A stretch of 64,000 nt of DNA from Eledone cirrhosa (taxonomy: Eukaryota), in assembly GCA_964016885.1 (NCBI GenBank), contig OZ024743.1, positions 326,988,001 to 327,052,000 of the forward strand, given 5' to 3'. Numbering within the stretch: the first letter of the stretch is position 1; each line of letters starts with the position of its first letter. Positions 32,395 through 45,200 of this stretch are shown here, in pieces. The position numbers were made by a program, and so were the translations under genes. Under the pieces are notes generated by a model. That model had not been told where the DNA came from, did not search any database, and saw only the letters and a list, made by a program, of their open reading frames with translations.

Positions 32395-32777
32395 TCAAAG
32401 GCGATGACACACGACCGTGACCTCTGGCGTCACGCAGTAATACAGAGTACCCGACCTCCCATGGGTACAAGCTGAAGCATATAGACAATATGCCCCCACA
32501 CCCTCCCACTGCAAGGTGGTCGTGGAGGTGCCACGGCAAAAAAGCACCCAGTCCACACTGTAAAGTGGTCGTGTAGGCGCCACAGTAAAAAAGCACCCAG
32601 CACTCACTGTAAATGAGGTTGGTGTTAGGAAGGGCATCCAGCTGTAGAAATCAAACGAAAATCAGTTCCTGTATGAGCAAGGCATAGTCAGCCGACCAGA
32701 CACTGCCCACAACAGGACAACCCGTCTAACCCATGCTAGCATGGAATAACGGACGTAAAACGGTGATGATGATGATG
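32395..32777 (+). mobile_element. RTE family B 3' end inserted into an older tRNA-SINE (about 32228-32394 and 32778-32830)
   Basis: Near-identical to 15630-16000. The flanks are two halves of a SINE (gtggattcgcagaatc..gagttcaaatccc..aaagtgccag on the left; gaaattgctggccttgt on the right). Confidence 0.88.
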
Positions 32778-33550
32778 AACTTTATCCTTTCCTTGAAATT
32801 GCTGGCCTTGTACGTAAATTAGAAGTTATTAATTACTTGAAGTATCATCATCATCATCATCATCACTTAACATCAGTTCTGCTTGCTAGCAAGAGTTGGA
32901 CAGGTCATCACAGACCAAATCAGTACTTAGAGCTACTGAACTTTCAGATGGGCTAGGGGATGCATCACACATATGCACCCATTTTCTCTAACTTTATCTC
33001 TATTTACAATATGCCCCAAGTACATTTTTATAATACCAACACTGGGGAGATTTTCATGTCCCAAACACAACTGAAAAGTCCTCTTAACCCCTTTGTTTGG
33101 CAAGTTTTCTATGACTAGATGTCCTTCCTATCATCAACCACTTTATACTGTTTTTACGACTGCATATATTTTGTATGTTGAAATACAGTGATGAGTAAAT
33201 AACACTATGGAATGGAACTCTATTGGTTTCAATAATCAACGTTCCAGTTGTTTGATCAATAGAACAGCCTACTCATGAAATTAACAAGTGACCAAGCATT
33301 CCACAGACATAGTTAACAAATTCTTTCAGGAACAATCAGTGTGACATAGTGTGGGACAAAGCTGGCCCTTTGAATTGAAGATACATCCAATGGGCTTCCA
33401 AACAGTGTCTATTCAATTTCACTCACATGATATGAATCAATCTGAAGTTATGGTAAACAACATTTACTCAAGATGCCATGCAGTGGGCTAAAACCAAGGA
33501 CCTAATGATTGTGAAACTATCTGGCCATGCTGCATCCACTTTTATATATA

Positions 33551-33885
33551 CATCATCATCATTTTACGTCCGCTTTTCCCTGCTTGCAAGGGTGGGACGG
33601 GAACTGATTCTGGCTTGATTTCTACAGCTGGATGCCCTTCCTAACACCAACCTCATTTATAGTGAGTGTTGGGTGCTTTTTTGCCGTGGCACCTTCACGA
33701 CCACTTTGCAGTGGAATGATAGGGACCCTAGTCCCTATCATCTCATTTTTACCGCTGAGTAAACTGGAGCAATGTGAAATAAAGTGTCTTGCTCAAGGAA
33801 ACAACACATCCCCCGGTCTGAGAATTGAACTCACAACCTTTCGATTGAAAGGCCAATACTCTAACCACTAAGCCATGAGCCTCCA
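33551..33885 (-). mobile_element. SINE-1 copy (best preserved)
   Basis: A/B boxes, CORE-like segment, structured modules and a 3' end matching RTE family C; (TA)n on both sides. Confidence 0.88.
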
Positions 33886-35554
33886 TATATATATATATGC
33901 ATATATTTTCAATGTTGCAATATGTAACTGAATAAATAACACTATGTTACTACATATATTTATATATTTACTGACTAGCAAATATTAAGTGGAGGGACTG
34001 AGAACAAACATCAACTAAGTATGATTCTCTCTCTATTTCATTTATTTCCTGCCACAAGGTATGAGGTTGTCTCAAAAATGAATAAATAAATAAATAAAAG
34101 ATACAAACATTTCTTAATACTCTTTAACCCTGGCTCTGGTTCTATGAAACAAAAGCACTCATTTTAAAAGGGTTCCTATTTAAATGAAAATCTTTCAACA
34201 TAATTTTACAAAAGAAATATGTTAAGTTACTATCTTAGTAATGAAACAATAATTTTAGTAAATCTGTCAAAGTTCTTCATTAATTCATTGAAATGTAGTG
34301 TAAGCCATTAGAAATATGGTAACAAAAGGATTAAACAACTATTTCAGTGAAGGACAGTCAAATCGTGACTTTTTGTTCATATTTCAACATTATCGACTCA
34401 ATTTGAAATAATGTTTTAAATTTGTAGAATTGGGATCAGCCATTCTTCTTGTTTCTTTATGAATCCCCAAATTGTTATGGTTACTGAACAGACACACACA
34501 AGGAGATGTAACCAAAATGGATGAAAATTAACTTATAATCAATGTGCATTTGCTGAACATTCTACATTGGCTAATATCATTTGACAACGGATGGCCATCA
34601 CCAATATATTTTTTTGTTATCTATCACAAACAACAATATCCAATATATTTCTTAACCCTTTTGGTACCAAACCACTTGAAACTGTCCATGGGTCTATGAT
34701 ACAAAGCTCCCTGTTTTAAAGTGTTCAAACTTGTATTAAATCCTTGCATCATAATTTTAAGAACCTTTGTTAAGTTATGTCCCAAATACCAACCAGCTTA
34801 ATAATGAGAAATTAATTATTTTACTAAATTCCTCCAAATTCTCGATTATTTTGAAAATTAATTGAAACACATTAGCAGTGTCTTTTATTAAAACTATATG
34901 GAAAAGGGAAAGTTTTAACTGGAATGTTCAACTAATACTCCTGGTTTTCATTTAACCACACAGAGTTTTTAGAAAGCATAGACAAATAAGCAAGTATGTT
35001 GAAGATGCTGCAGAATGAGTAATATAGATTAAAAATCTTATTTAGAAACAGATATATCTTAGATGACATACCACTAAAACAAGCAAACAAGCAGGAATAA
35101 ATTAACTTTTAGAAAAAGTCAGATGGGAGATGGACAAACAAAAATTAGGCAAACACTGCAGGAAGTGCTGATAAAGGAGTAATTAATATGATAGTGACAC
35201 ACACAGACAAATATATCAAACAGTATAATTATGTAAATTGCTAGAGATACAAAGCAAACTACAGCATAATACAAGTAAATTAATAAAACAAAAAATATAA
35301 ACATGTCATACACACACACAAACGCACATATATATATGCATAAAATATAATGTATAATATATGTATATAATATAGAATATAATTTATATATATATAAAAG
35401 GAAAAGTCTGTTACTTATAGAAAATGAAATGGTTGATCTTACAAATTTTAAAATAACTTCATAGTAACCAATTTTTTAATAAGAAAATGAATGATGCTAT
35501 TTATTTTGTATCTGATGTAGTATTTTAAAACGAAACTGACAATCATTATTGTCC

Positions 35555-35662
35555 ATCCCGCCGAGGTTAACTTTGTCTTTCATCCTTACGGGGTCGATAA
35601 AATAAAGTACCAGTAATACACTGGGATAATTGCTGGCCTTGTGCCAAAAGAGAAACAATTAT
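35555..35662 (+). mobile_element. 5'-truncated SINE-2 with TSD attattgtcc
   Basis: 3' half of SINE-2; attattgtcc occurs on both flanks. Confidence 0.85.
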
Positions 35663-35674
35663 TGTCCTTCTTAC

Positions 35675-35862
35675 ATAATTGTTTCTACTTTAAGCACAAG
35701 GCCAGCAATTACCCAGTGCATTACTGGTACTTTATTTTATCGACCCCCATAAGGATGGAAGGCAAAGTCAACCTCGGCGGGATTTGAACTCAGATCGTAA
35801 AGGGACGTAACTATGCTGGAAGGCATGGTGTCCGACCCTCTACTGATACTGCCAATCCACCA
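35675..35862 (-). mobile_element. Full-length SINE-2
   Basis: Near-identical reverse complement of 56968-57158. Confidence 0.9.
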
Positions 35863-36539
35863 TAATGAATAAATTCAGGACGCGCTTACACCTTAAATTA
35901 TCTCCCCTGTTCTACAAAAGTTTTTAAAAATTCCTTCAAGTATTTAGGTACAACTTCAAATGTAAATGTTCGATTTCCATTCAATAAGTCTTGATAGCTT
36001 GCACAAAGTAGTATTTTCTGAACCTGTGGAAGAGAAATACCTAGGAAAATATGGAATGACATGGTGAAGGCTCACTTGATGGAAGAGATGACATGATCAA
36101 GTTGACTAGTGATTTGCTATACTACAAAAGCCCACGCAAGCAAGATTAAATGAATATGGGGATGACCATGTTACAGTAGCTGAGAGATATTTTAACATTT
36201 AGGTCCCCAACAGACAATGTTTCTTCACTCTCATGTCTTCCCCATACCTTGATCTGCCTTTCCTCACATCCTTGATTTACATCCTTACTATCCCAATAAA
36301 TCACCCCTGCTGCCCACATAACTGGAGACAGTGTGGGTTCTGTCAGTCACCCAACAACTCTCTGATTGACCCCATATTCACAGAAAAATGAACACACACA
36401 AAAAGAATTATCTTAACCATGTACATACCCTCCGATCTTATCCATCCCACCTGTCCCTTTTCCCTGCTAACAAGTCTCAGGTGGGGCCCGGGCCTGCATC
36501 TTGTCAACAAAACATTCCCACGTTTTATCAAATGCATTT

Positions 36540-38420
36540 TATCATGGCACCAGCATGAAGAAGGTTGTCATATTTTCCTCCATACCTGAAGTAGCCTCCC
36601 AGCTCTGTTTGGTAAGTTTTTTATGATTGAATGCCCTTCCTATCACCAATTACAAAGTGTACTGGGTGTGTTTATTGTGTAAATCACCAACACTAGGGAG
36701 GTTGTCATGTCTTTGAAACAGCTGAAGAGTCTTTCCAACCCTTTTGGCATAATTTGCAGTGGGATGTCCTTCATATCACCAGCCACCACACAGGAAGAAC
36801 TGAGTGCATTTCTTGGGACACTAGCATGAAGGAGGTTTCAGTCATTGAGTCAACTGAGGAGCTCTCACTGCTCTAAAGGGCAGGAGGGGAGATTATGACT
36901 GGTGCATTAGGATTTTAGGGAGTTGGTGTGATCCTAAGTAGAGTGATGAACATGAACAGAGTGTGTGTTATTTAGGATATGGTGACCTCTAATTACTGTT
37001 ATAAATAGTTTAAGATTGTGTTGATGAGAATAACTATTAGGGAGTGATAGTGGAAGGGACATGGCGGGGGATGGAAGGGGTAAGGTATAGCTACAAAGGA
37101 ATGAGGAGGTGGAGAATTGCTATTAAAGAGTGATAGTAGATGGGGAGCTATATGAAATGTGTCAAGTTACATTTTATGTAGGCAAGTCTTCCAGCATATT
37201 TACAGTTCTTGCAGCCCTTTGTCTTCACTGGTGTTAGGTTCAGCTTTTTATGGTCAGTCCTCACCACCTCATCTAACATCTTGCTGGATCTGCCTTTTCC
37301 ATGTGTCCCATAATTGTTATGCCCTTCTTTATACAGCTGTTATCTATACCAAAAGTTTTCTCTTGCACACTACATCCAATTCTTCTTATGCAAATTTTTT
37401 TTATGTACAGTTGCTTCATTTCTTTGTAGATCAGCAATCAAGGCCCATATTTCACTGCCATATTGTAGTGCAGTTTGTATACAGGCATCATATAGTCTAC
37501 CTTTCATTCTGTAAGAGAAGCACTTTGTTGTCAGCTTCTTCCAGCTGGTTCTTACCTTGACTACCATGTTTTCAGAACATCATCCCCTATTGCTGATTAG
37601 ATTGCCTAGTTAACAAAAGCTGTCAACAACCTCTAGGGCATTTCCTGGCATTTGAGAGAAGCTATTTTGCATATTCTCTTAGTGCATACTCCTGTGCCTC
37701 TACTGCATATAAAATCTATCTTCTCTGTTACCCTGCCTTTAATCCGACTACATTTCTTATGTGTCCACAGGCTATACTGTGTGCACATTATGGAGTTTCT
37801 GCCTACCCCTTTTCGAGATATCAAGCAGGGGCTCTTCCATGACAGTAACAACTGCCTATCCTTTCTACTTATTAAGACTTTTGTTTTTGTTAAGTTTAGT
37901 TTGAAGCCTCTCAATTCTAAATTTTTCTCCATGTTTGGATTTCACTCCTAACTTTCCCATAGAATTTTCCTTAGTGCCCAACAGATTAAGGAGCCCTATT
38001 GAAACTTTTCTCTAGATCTACAAATGCTTAGTACAGAGGCTTACTCTTGGCTAAGTACTTCTACAAGGATAAAGGCATCAGTAGTACATCTCTAATTAGT
38101 TGTGCAAAGATCATTTCAGTAACCTTCATGACCTGGTCCATTAACTTAATGCCTCTGTAGTTACCTCTCTCTAGTGCATCCTCTTTACCCTTGTAGCAGT
38201 TTACAATGATACTGCTATACCAGTCATCAAGAATGACAAGCTTGCAGCACTTGATTAACTATGCATTTGACTAGCTTGTAACCCACCATGCTGGGGGTTT
38301 TCAGCATCTCAGCAATTAAGGCTGATGATCCAGCTGCCTTCCCATCTTCAATTGCTTTGCCTCTCACACTGCTGTCAACTTTTGTTTGGTCCCTTAATAG
38401 GGGTCACATGACGTATGGCC
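36540..38420 (-). mobile_element. Old degenerate RTE LINE (RT, finger, 3' modules)
   Basis: NYRGIKLMDQVMKV, RGFKLNLTKTKVLI..GRNSIMC..THKKCS and MKGRLYDACIQTA on the minus strand; many stops and deletions. Confidence 0.85.
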
Positions 38421-38953
38421 ATGGATAGCCAGGTGAAGCGACAAAGCTGAAATTTTGAAATAGCTGCCACATTTTTTACTTAGAAAATAAATTTCTACAC
38501 TCTACCCAGCAGTACTGAATGCTCATTCAAATGTTTGAATACTGCAGTAGTTTAAACACATATTCTATACACACACACATTCTTGTTTATAAAGTCTTTA
38601 TTTTAACCCTTTTGATACAAAACCACCTGAAACAGCCCCTGGTTCAACAATAGAAAATTATTTTAAAGTGTTTATATTTATCTAAAATCTTTTCAACATA
38701 ATTTTATGGAAGAACATTTGTCAAGTTATGTTCCAAATACCAACTTATTAAATTACTCTAAATTCTTAATTATTTGAAAATGATAGACAGTGTCTTTAAT
38801 TGAAAATATGGCAATGAAAAGGTTAAATAGAAAAAGAAATATTTCAGAAAATACTTGCTGTGAGATTATATCAAATGAACTTGAATAAATAAGAGAAAAC
38901 AAACAGTGTGTATATATAAGAAGAGTGTAAAAACAAGAATGGTACAACAGTAC

Positions 38954-39239
38954 CTGAAGATGTATTTGATGAGGGAGGTGTGCTGGCAAAGGGATCATTA
39001 CCAAGTTCCCCAAGTAAATCAAAAGTAGCTGAACTAGCAGGGTTTGTTGGAAGATGTATTCTATTAGTTTGTGACTGTTGTTGTTGCTGTTGTTGTTGTT
39101 GTTGCTGATGCTGTTGTGCTTGCTGTGCTTGCTGAGCTAAAGTTGGATTTTGATGCAACTGTAACTGTTGTGGCTGAGAAGATGTGACTTGTGAAACAAC
39201 AGGATTTGGCAAAGATGGCGACTGAGTCTTGGAATTGTT
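38954..39239 (-). CDS. AGFG1: AGFG1 exon with Q-rich tract and DLL/DPF motifs
   Basis: Acceptor ttttccag| and donor |gtactg; 286 nt, phase 0-1. NNSKTQSPSLPNPVVS...QQQQQQQQQQSQ...ATFDLLGELGNDPFASTPPSSNTSS. Confidence 0.88.
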
Positions 39240-40624
39240 CTGGAAAAGAAAATATTACAAGGTAAAATTTCAAATAATTCCGAAATTATTTTTTTTAACA
39301 TACTTTGGCAAGTATAGAAATAATCTTGACAAAAAGTAAACTTCTTGATATAAATTTATCTATAAATGGTAAATGCATGTATTAATGTACATATGCAGTG
39401 GCCAATGGTAACAGTATGAACTAGCTAATGAAAGTATGCCATTCCCCCTCACTTTTCATCTGCTATACATCTTCAACATGCAGAACTTTAGGTGTATGCC
39501 ACCTCATGGTCCAAGCAAGCATAATTTAGACAGGTAATAAACAAGATAGATTTCTCCAACCCATCTGGTCTCAAACCATGACAACCCATCCAACCCATGC
39601 CAGTATGGAAAGTGGGCATAAAATTGATGATGGTGGTGGTACTGAACATAAATATTAAACTAAAAATTGGTTTAATAACAAATTTAAAACGTATACTTTA
39701 GAGTTGAACATTTCTGATATATTCCTGCAATGCAGTAAAATACAAGCACTTTTTCAATTCTTTTATATATCATTACTGAAGAGCTTTATAAACTTTTTAC
39801 TGTGTATGAGCTAGATTACTGACTAAGCTATCAAGAGTTTAAACCTTGCTACTAGAGCCATTGTATTTGGCTTGTAGACAAGGGAAATAATTCCATTTGT
39901 TTCAGTGTGTTACCTGACAAACAGGTTCCACTTTTATTTCACAGTTGACTAATTAGCATTGGAAAGGTATCCAACTGAAAAAACAAATTGCCTTAGTAAA
40001 AACTATTTCAATTATGCTAGAAAAATAAATGTGGAAGAAGAACCATATTCAATAATTCAAATACAAAATCAATATCATTATTCAATGTTTAAAAAAAAAA
40101 TTGCTTTACAGAGATTATACTTAAAATATAAATAATTTGAGTGATGAGAGTTTCAATTTTCTCCCAACAAAATTACCATATATATATATAAATATATATA
40201 TAAGCTAATCCAAATATAAGCCGATGTCCCCCCACCCCCTATTTTATGTCTGAGATATGGGGAAAAAATCCAAACCTCATGTATAAGTCAAGGTAACTAA
40301 TCAATACATTATGTTTAGATGGTGCAGTTTTGTAAATTCTAAAATATTTTAAAGTGTTCTTTAGAGTATAGTTTTTGTTTCACAACTCTAATATATATGA
40401 TTTTTTACCATTTCATCTGTTTCCTAAAGTTTCAACAAGTTTTTCAAATTTTTGTTTATATTTTTTTTAGCAGTCAACAATAGTGCCATCTTCCAAGTGT
40501 AACAGGTTTTTATTTAACAAACAAATCAAATGAAATATGTGCTTTAAAAAGCTTGGAAACCTTTTAAATGTCCTGCAAGTATATCTATTTTTGTGAAGTT
40601 ATTAAAACTTTATACAGTGAACTT

Positions 40625-41178
40625 GATACCCATTCAAAACATTGGCCTCCTGAAAACTGTTCAGAGATGTGCAACCAAGTGAATACCCTCCATCAGGCAT
40701 CTACCATACTCTGAACGTCTTGCTTCCCTGAGCATGGATACATTGAAGCTCCGACGTCTGGCAACTGACTTGGTAAACACCCACAAAGTTATTAACCATC
40801 TTGCCAACAACCCTGAGCACCTTTTTGATCTCCATGTGTCTAACATACGTGGGCATGCCCACAAAGTCAGAAAACAGCACAGCTCCCATGACTTTCGGAA
40901 ACATTTTTTCACACTCAGAGTTGCTGAAGCATGGAACAAACTACCTGCATCAGCTGTTAGCTGCCGAGACACTGCATCCTTTATAACCTCCATGCTTCCT
41001 AAAATTCGCCAACACTATACCTGATATCCCCCTCCATACACATGTACACATGTATATCATGACTCATACACTGTTCATTTTCCTGACATTTGTACATTAT
41101 TCTATGTACTGTACATGCACCTTTGATGAGCTGTAGTGCACCTGAGCACTGTTCACAATAATTTCATTATCATTATAT
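40625..41178 (+). mobile_element. CR1-clade LINE 3' fragment
   Basis: VQRCATK..LPYSERL..L..LRR...DL...K...RGH..K......RKHFFTLRVAEAWNKLP is the CR1 ORF2 C-terminal signature; short 3' UTR ending cattat. Confidence 0.9.
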
Positions 41179-41970
41179 TGTACAATAGAAAAATAAAAGC
41201 TTAAGTGAAAAAATAACATTAAATTCACATGATTTTCAATAAATATGTATACAATAAATACATATAATCTATTTAAATTTATGTGATCGTAAGTATGTAT
41301 GTCAGTCTATGCATGATTATAAATTTATGTGTGCATTTGTGTTTCAGTATTTTTATAAAAGTATGTTTGTAAGTTTTTATATTTATCATTATTTCAATGA
41401 ACAAGATGTCTTCTATAAATAAACTTTGGTAATACTTTGTATTTATGTCTTCATGTGTGTGCGCACATGCTTGCACAGGTGCATAACTATACTGTCCTCA
41501 TCTCATTTTGTTTGCTCGCAAATTCTGTAAAATTATTTTCCAAATATGTTCATATTACAAGTATGATGATAACAGTTTTTCTTTAATATTGTTATTTTCA
41601 TTCACGGAAATCACTGGATGTATCTATGTTTTGGTGCTTTTTATGTAGATATTGAAGTTGGTGAAAGTTGGCAAAATACAAACCTCGAATATAACCTCGA
41701 AAAAGAAAAAATTAATAATGAAAAAGGTGGAAGAGGAAGGGAAGGACAAACAACATCCCTGGCTAGTCAGTATATCTCATTTGTGACAGCCTCTGCATCA
41801 GCTATTCTACCTTACGAGGCTTCTTTCTCATGTATATTTTCTAACATGAAATAATGTGACACTTGACTGTATACAAAAACAAAATCTAAAAACACTATGC
41901 CGAAAAACCCAAAAGAATGAGTACAATAAAATTAGGAATGAAAACAAAATTGAAACAGTATACTACTTAC

Positions 41971-42225
41971 TTGAGAATTTTGCACAACTAATTTTGGGGC
42001 ATTTTCACCAAGTAAGGATCTTAATGGTTTCGTAGTAATCTGTTTATTTAATGCTGATTCATTAAGACGGCGCGCTTCTTCTTTCAAGGCATCTGTGGGG
42101 GGTACATGCCAACGCTTTCGTTCATATTTTTGAATCATAAAATCTTTCACTTTGTGTTCTTCTCTGGAATCATATTCTTGACCAGATCTGGGATCATAGA
42201 GGCCAAGCCAAACCTTTTTACAAAA
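41971..42225 (-). CDS. AGFG1: AGFG1/HRB orthologue, first visible internal exon (C-terminal part of ArfGAP domain)
   Basis: Acceptor ttttcag| and donor |gtaagt; 255 nt, phase 0-0. Encodes FCKKVWLGLYDPRSGQEYDSREEHKVKDFMIQKYERKRWHVPP...KPLRSLLGENAPKL, which I recognise as the AGFG1 ArfGAP C-terminus (CKxxWLGL..KVKxFxxxKYExKRW..KPLxSLLG). Confidence 0.95.
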
Positions 42226-42271
42226 CTGAAAAATGAAAAAAAAAATAAAAATAAAAATAAATAATAATAAT

Positions 42272-45200
42272 GCTTTCTTTATTAACCACAAGGGTTTACA
42301 CAAAATGAGACATTAGGACAGTACAGGACGGTACAAATGGGCATTTCTGCGTGTAAAAAAAAAAAAAAACAGAGGATGTAACAAAAAAAGGAACAATGAA
42401 AAAATTCCCCAATAGGGGGGAGACTTCCGAGGGCCATCGTAGAGAAAGCCCATTAAAAAAGCCACAGTGACCCTGACCACCAGGGCAAGTGCACTCTCCC
42501 AGTTTTCCACCTTCAATTTACAGGCACATACTCAGAGTAGGTCCATTCACTCGGGCCATTCTTGCCTCTCTCACCCATCTTTCAACAAAACGCTGGGAAG
42601 AGAACACTTCCCTCTCTACCCTGATTTTCCTTTTCAAATGAAATTTGAAAAAGTTAATCAGGGTATCACCGAAGAGGTAAGTGCTCGTCTTCAGCCCTTT
42701 CAGACACGTCCACCATACTATCTCTTTCGCCATGGCCACCAGACAGATAAAAACTGCCTGCCCTTCCCGACTAACGGAAGAGGGCAGGGCAATCCTCACG
42801 ATGGACTCAGCTGATAGCCGGATCCGTTCTACACGCGACAGCAGGTGTTCGACATAAACCCACAAGTCAGCAATGCTCGGACACTGGACGAGTGCGTGCA
42901 GGACGGTTTCGTCGCCCTACGCGCATCTCGGACATGCCCGGCTGACGGCACTTCCATGCCTGTAGAGTTTATCCTGAACTGGCAAAGCTCCTCGGTAGCA
43001 CTTCCAGGCCAAGGATTTCTGGAAGTTGTCCATAGGCCCCGCCCCGAAAGTTCTTGCGAAGAGATTGGCTAGTTGATTTTTGTCGATGCCTAGAGTTTCC
43101 CCAAGTACGCCGTCGCTCTTCCCCTCCACTAATCCTCTATAGAACGCCAAGGTGGAATTTCCACCGATCACATTGCCCGACTGGTCGAGGGCTGTGAGCG
43201 CCTGAAGACATTCCAGTCTCCAAGCGCTCCCTTTCGGTCTTCGCTTGACCCAGGACTGCAGCTCCGTCAAGGAGACGTGCTGGGGAAAGACGCGTCTAGC
43301 AAACGGCGACCACACCTGATCACCATCGAGGAAGAGGTGGAGATGTTGTAGCCTGAGCGCATGTCTGCGCATCATCAGCCACGACATGCCCAGCCCTCCA
43401 CGTAGTGGGTGTTGACAGCAGATGGACCGCCTGACCATCAGAGCGCGTCCCTTCCACAAAAAGCAAAAGAGCAAACGCTCCAGTGCACTTAGGCGAGGCT
43501 TAGGAGAAGGCACAACTGTCAGGCGGTAGTAGATGACGGACGCGATGTACGCATTCGCCACCTCCGCTCGACCTTTCAGGGATAGCTTCCTCTCTGCCTA
43601 TTTCTGGGTGTGAGAAGCCACCCTGCTCATGACCTCTTCCCAGTTTTTGTTCGTCTGGAGGTCCGGACCGAACCAGACCCCTAGCAATTTAACCAGTCCG
43701 TCCGTCCAGCGCCCGACAACACTGTTAGACGGCATGGACTTGCCTCTCCAGGTGCCGAGCTGCAGGCCCACCGACTTTTCTTGGTTGATCATTGCTCCTG
43801 TTACCGTTTCGTATTCTCTTAGTGTAGTGCCGATCGCTTCGATCTTCCGCATCCTAGTTCATGCGGGACCCCCCCTCAACGTCTCCAGTTTGTGCAGTAA
43901 TGGCTCGAGTCAATACGTACAAGAGGGACGAGAGGGGACATCCTTGGAGGACCGAGTGCATGATGTTGAACGGTTCCGAAAGGTGACCATTCACTCTCAC
44001 CACAGAGCAGATGTCGCTGTGCTTGGCAGCGATCCAGCCTCTGAAGACGGGCCCAAAGCCAGCCGCCCTCAGGACTGCCGCCAGATAACGATGGTCAACC
44101 CTATTGAAAGCTTTCGACTGATCTAACTACCCTTTCCACGATGTATCGCATAAGGTGGAGGTTGTCATGGATGGATCTGTCTGGAATGGCGCATGTGTGT
44201 GCCTCTCCCACCAGACCACCAACAACAAGCGCCAACCTCTTTGCTAGCACCTTGGCCAAAATCTTGAACTTAGTGTTTAGCAGAGTTATGGGCTTGAAAT
44301 TATCTATGGTATCCCCCTTGTTCGGATCCTTTCTCAACAGCGCCACCGCTCCTCGGCTCACAGAGCTGGGAATTCTCCCGTTCTGTTGCCAGTTGCAGTA
44401 GACGTCTGCCAAGAGGCCTCCGAACAAGTCTAGTATCTGTACGTAAAGTTCATAGGGCAGACCATCCAAACCAGGCGATTTACCCCTTGTGCAGCCAGTC
44501 ATTGCTTCCCGTACTTCAGCGGCTGCTATCGGCTTTTCGCAACACTCCGACTCAGTAGCTGAGAGCCGCGGCAGTCCGCCAAGGTAGGCATTAAAGTCCA
44601 TCCCTCGATCCAGCCCACCGCTGCCCCCGAACAGCTGAGCGAAGTGTCGCTGAAAAGCTTCACACATTTGCCTGGGATTGAGTAGCATGCGCCTGTCGTG
44701 GGCCACCAAAGACCGGATCGTGGCTTTGTTTCCACGACGCGCCTCCGCCACTCGGGCCCATTGAATGGCTTTCGTCCCCTCGTGTACGAGAGCACGCACC
44801 CTAGCTCTGACAACGCAGCCTTCGTGCTTTACATTGAAGAATTGGTCACCGGCCAATTTCGCCGCAAGTACGTCGGTCACGATGCCTTTGCTAAGCGCCT
44901 CGTCTAATTTTCTAACTAGTTCTCCCTCTGCTCTATTTTTCTCTATTGCTAAAGCCTTACTAAACCTAATGGACTCTATTCTAATCGCTCTTTTCAGAGC
45001 AAACCACCATTTGTTGTTGACGATGGCCCCCGTCAACGCCCGCTTAACTAGCTCACTAATCCGGTCTCTGTAGGCCTTGCGCGCTGTTAATGACGCGTTT
45101 AGCTTCCAGTAGCTGGGTCCCTGTCTATGAAGCCTATCTAAGTCAACCACACAGATCACGAATTTGTGGTCCGTGTAGCTGACTATCTTGAATTGTGGAC

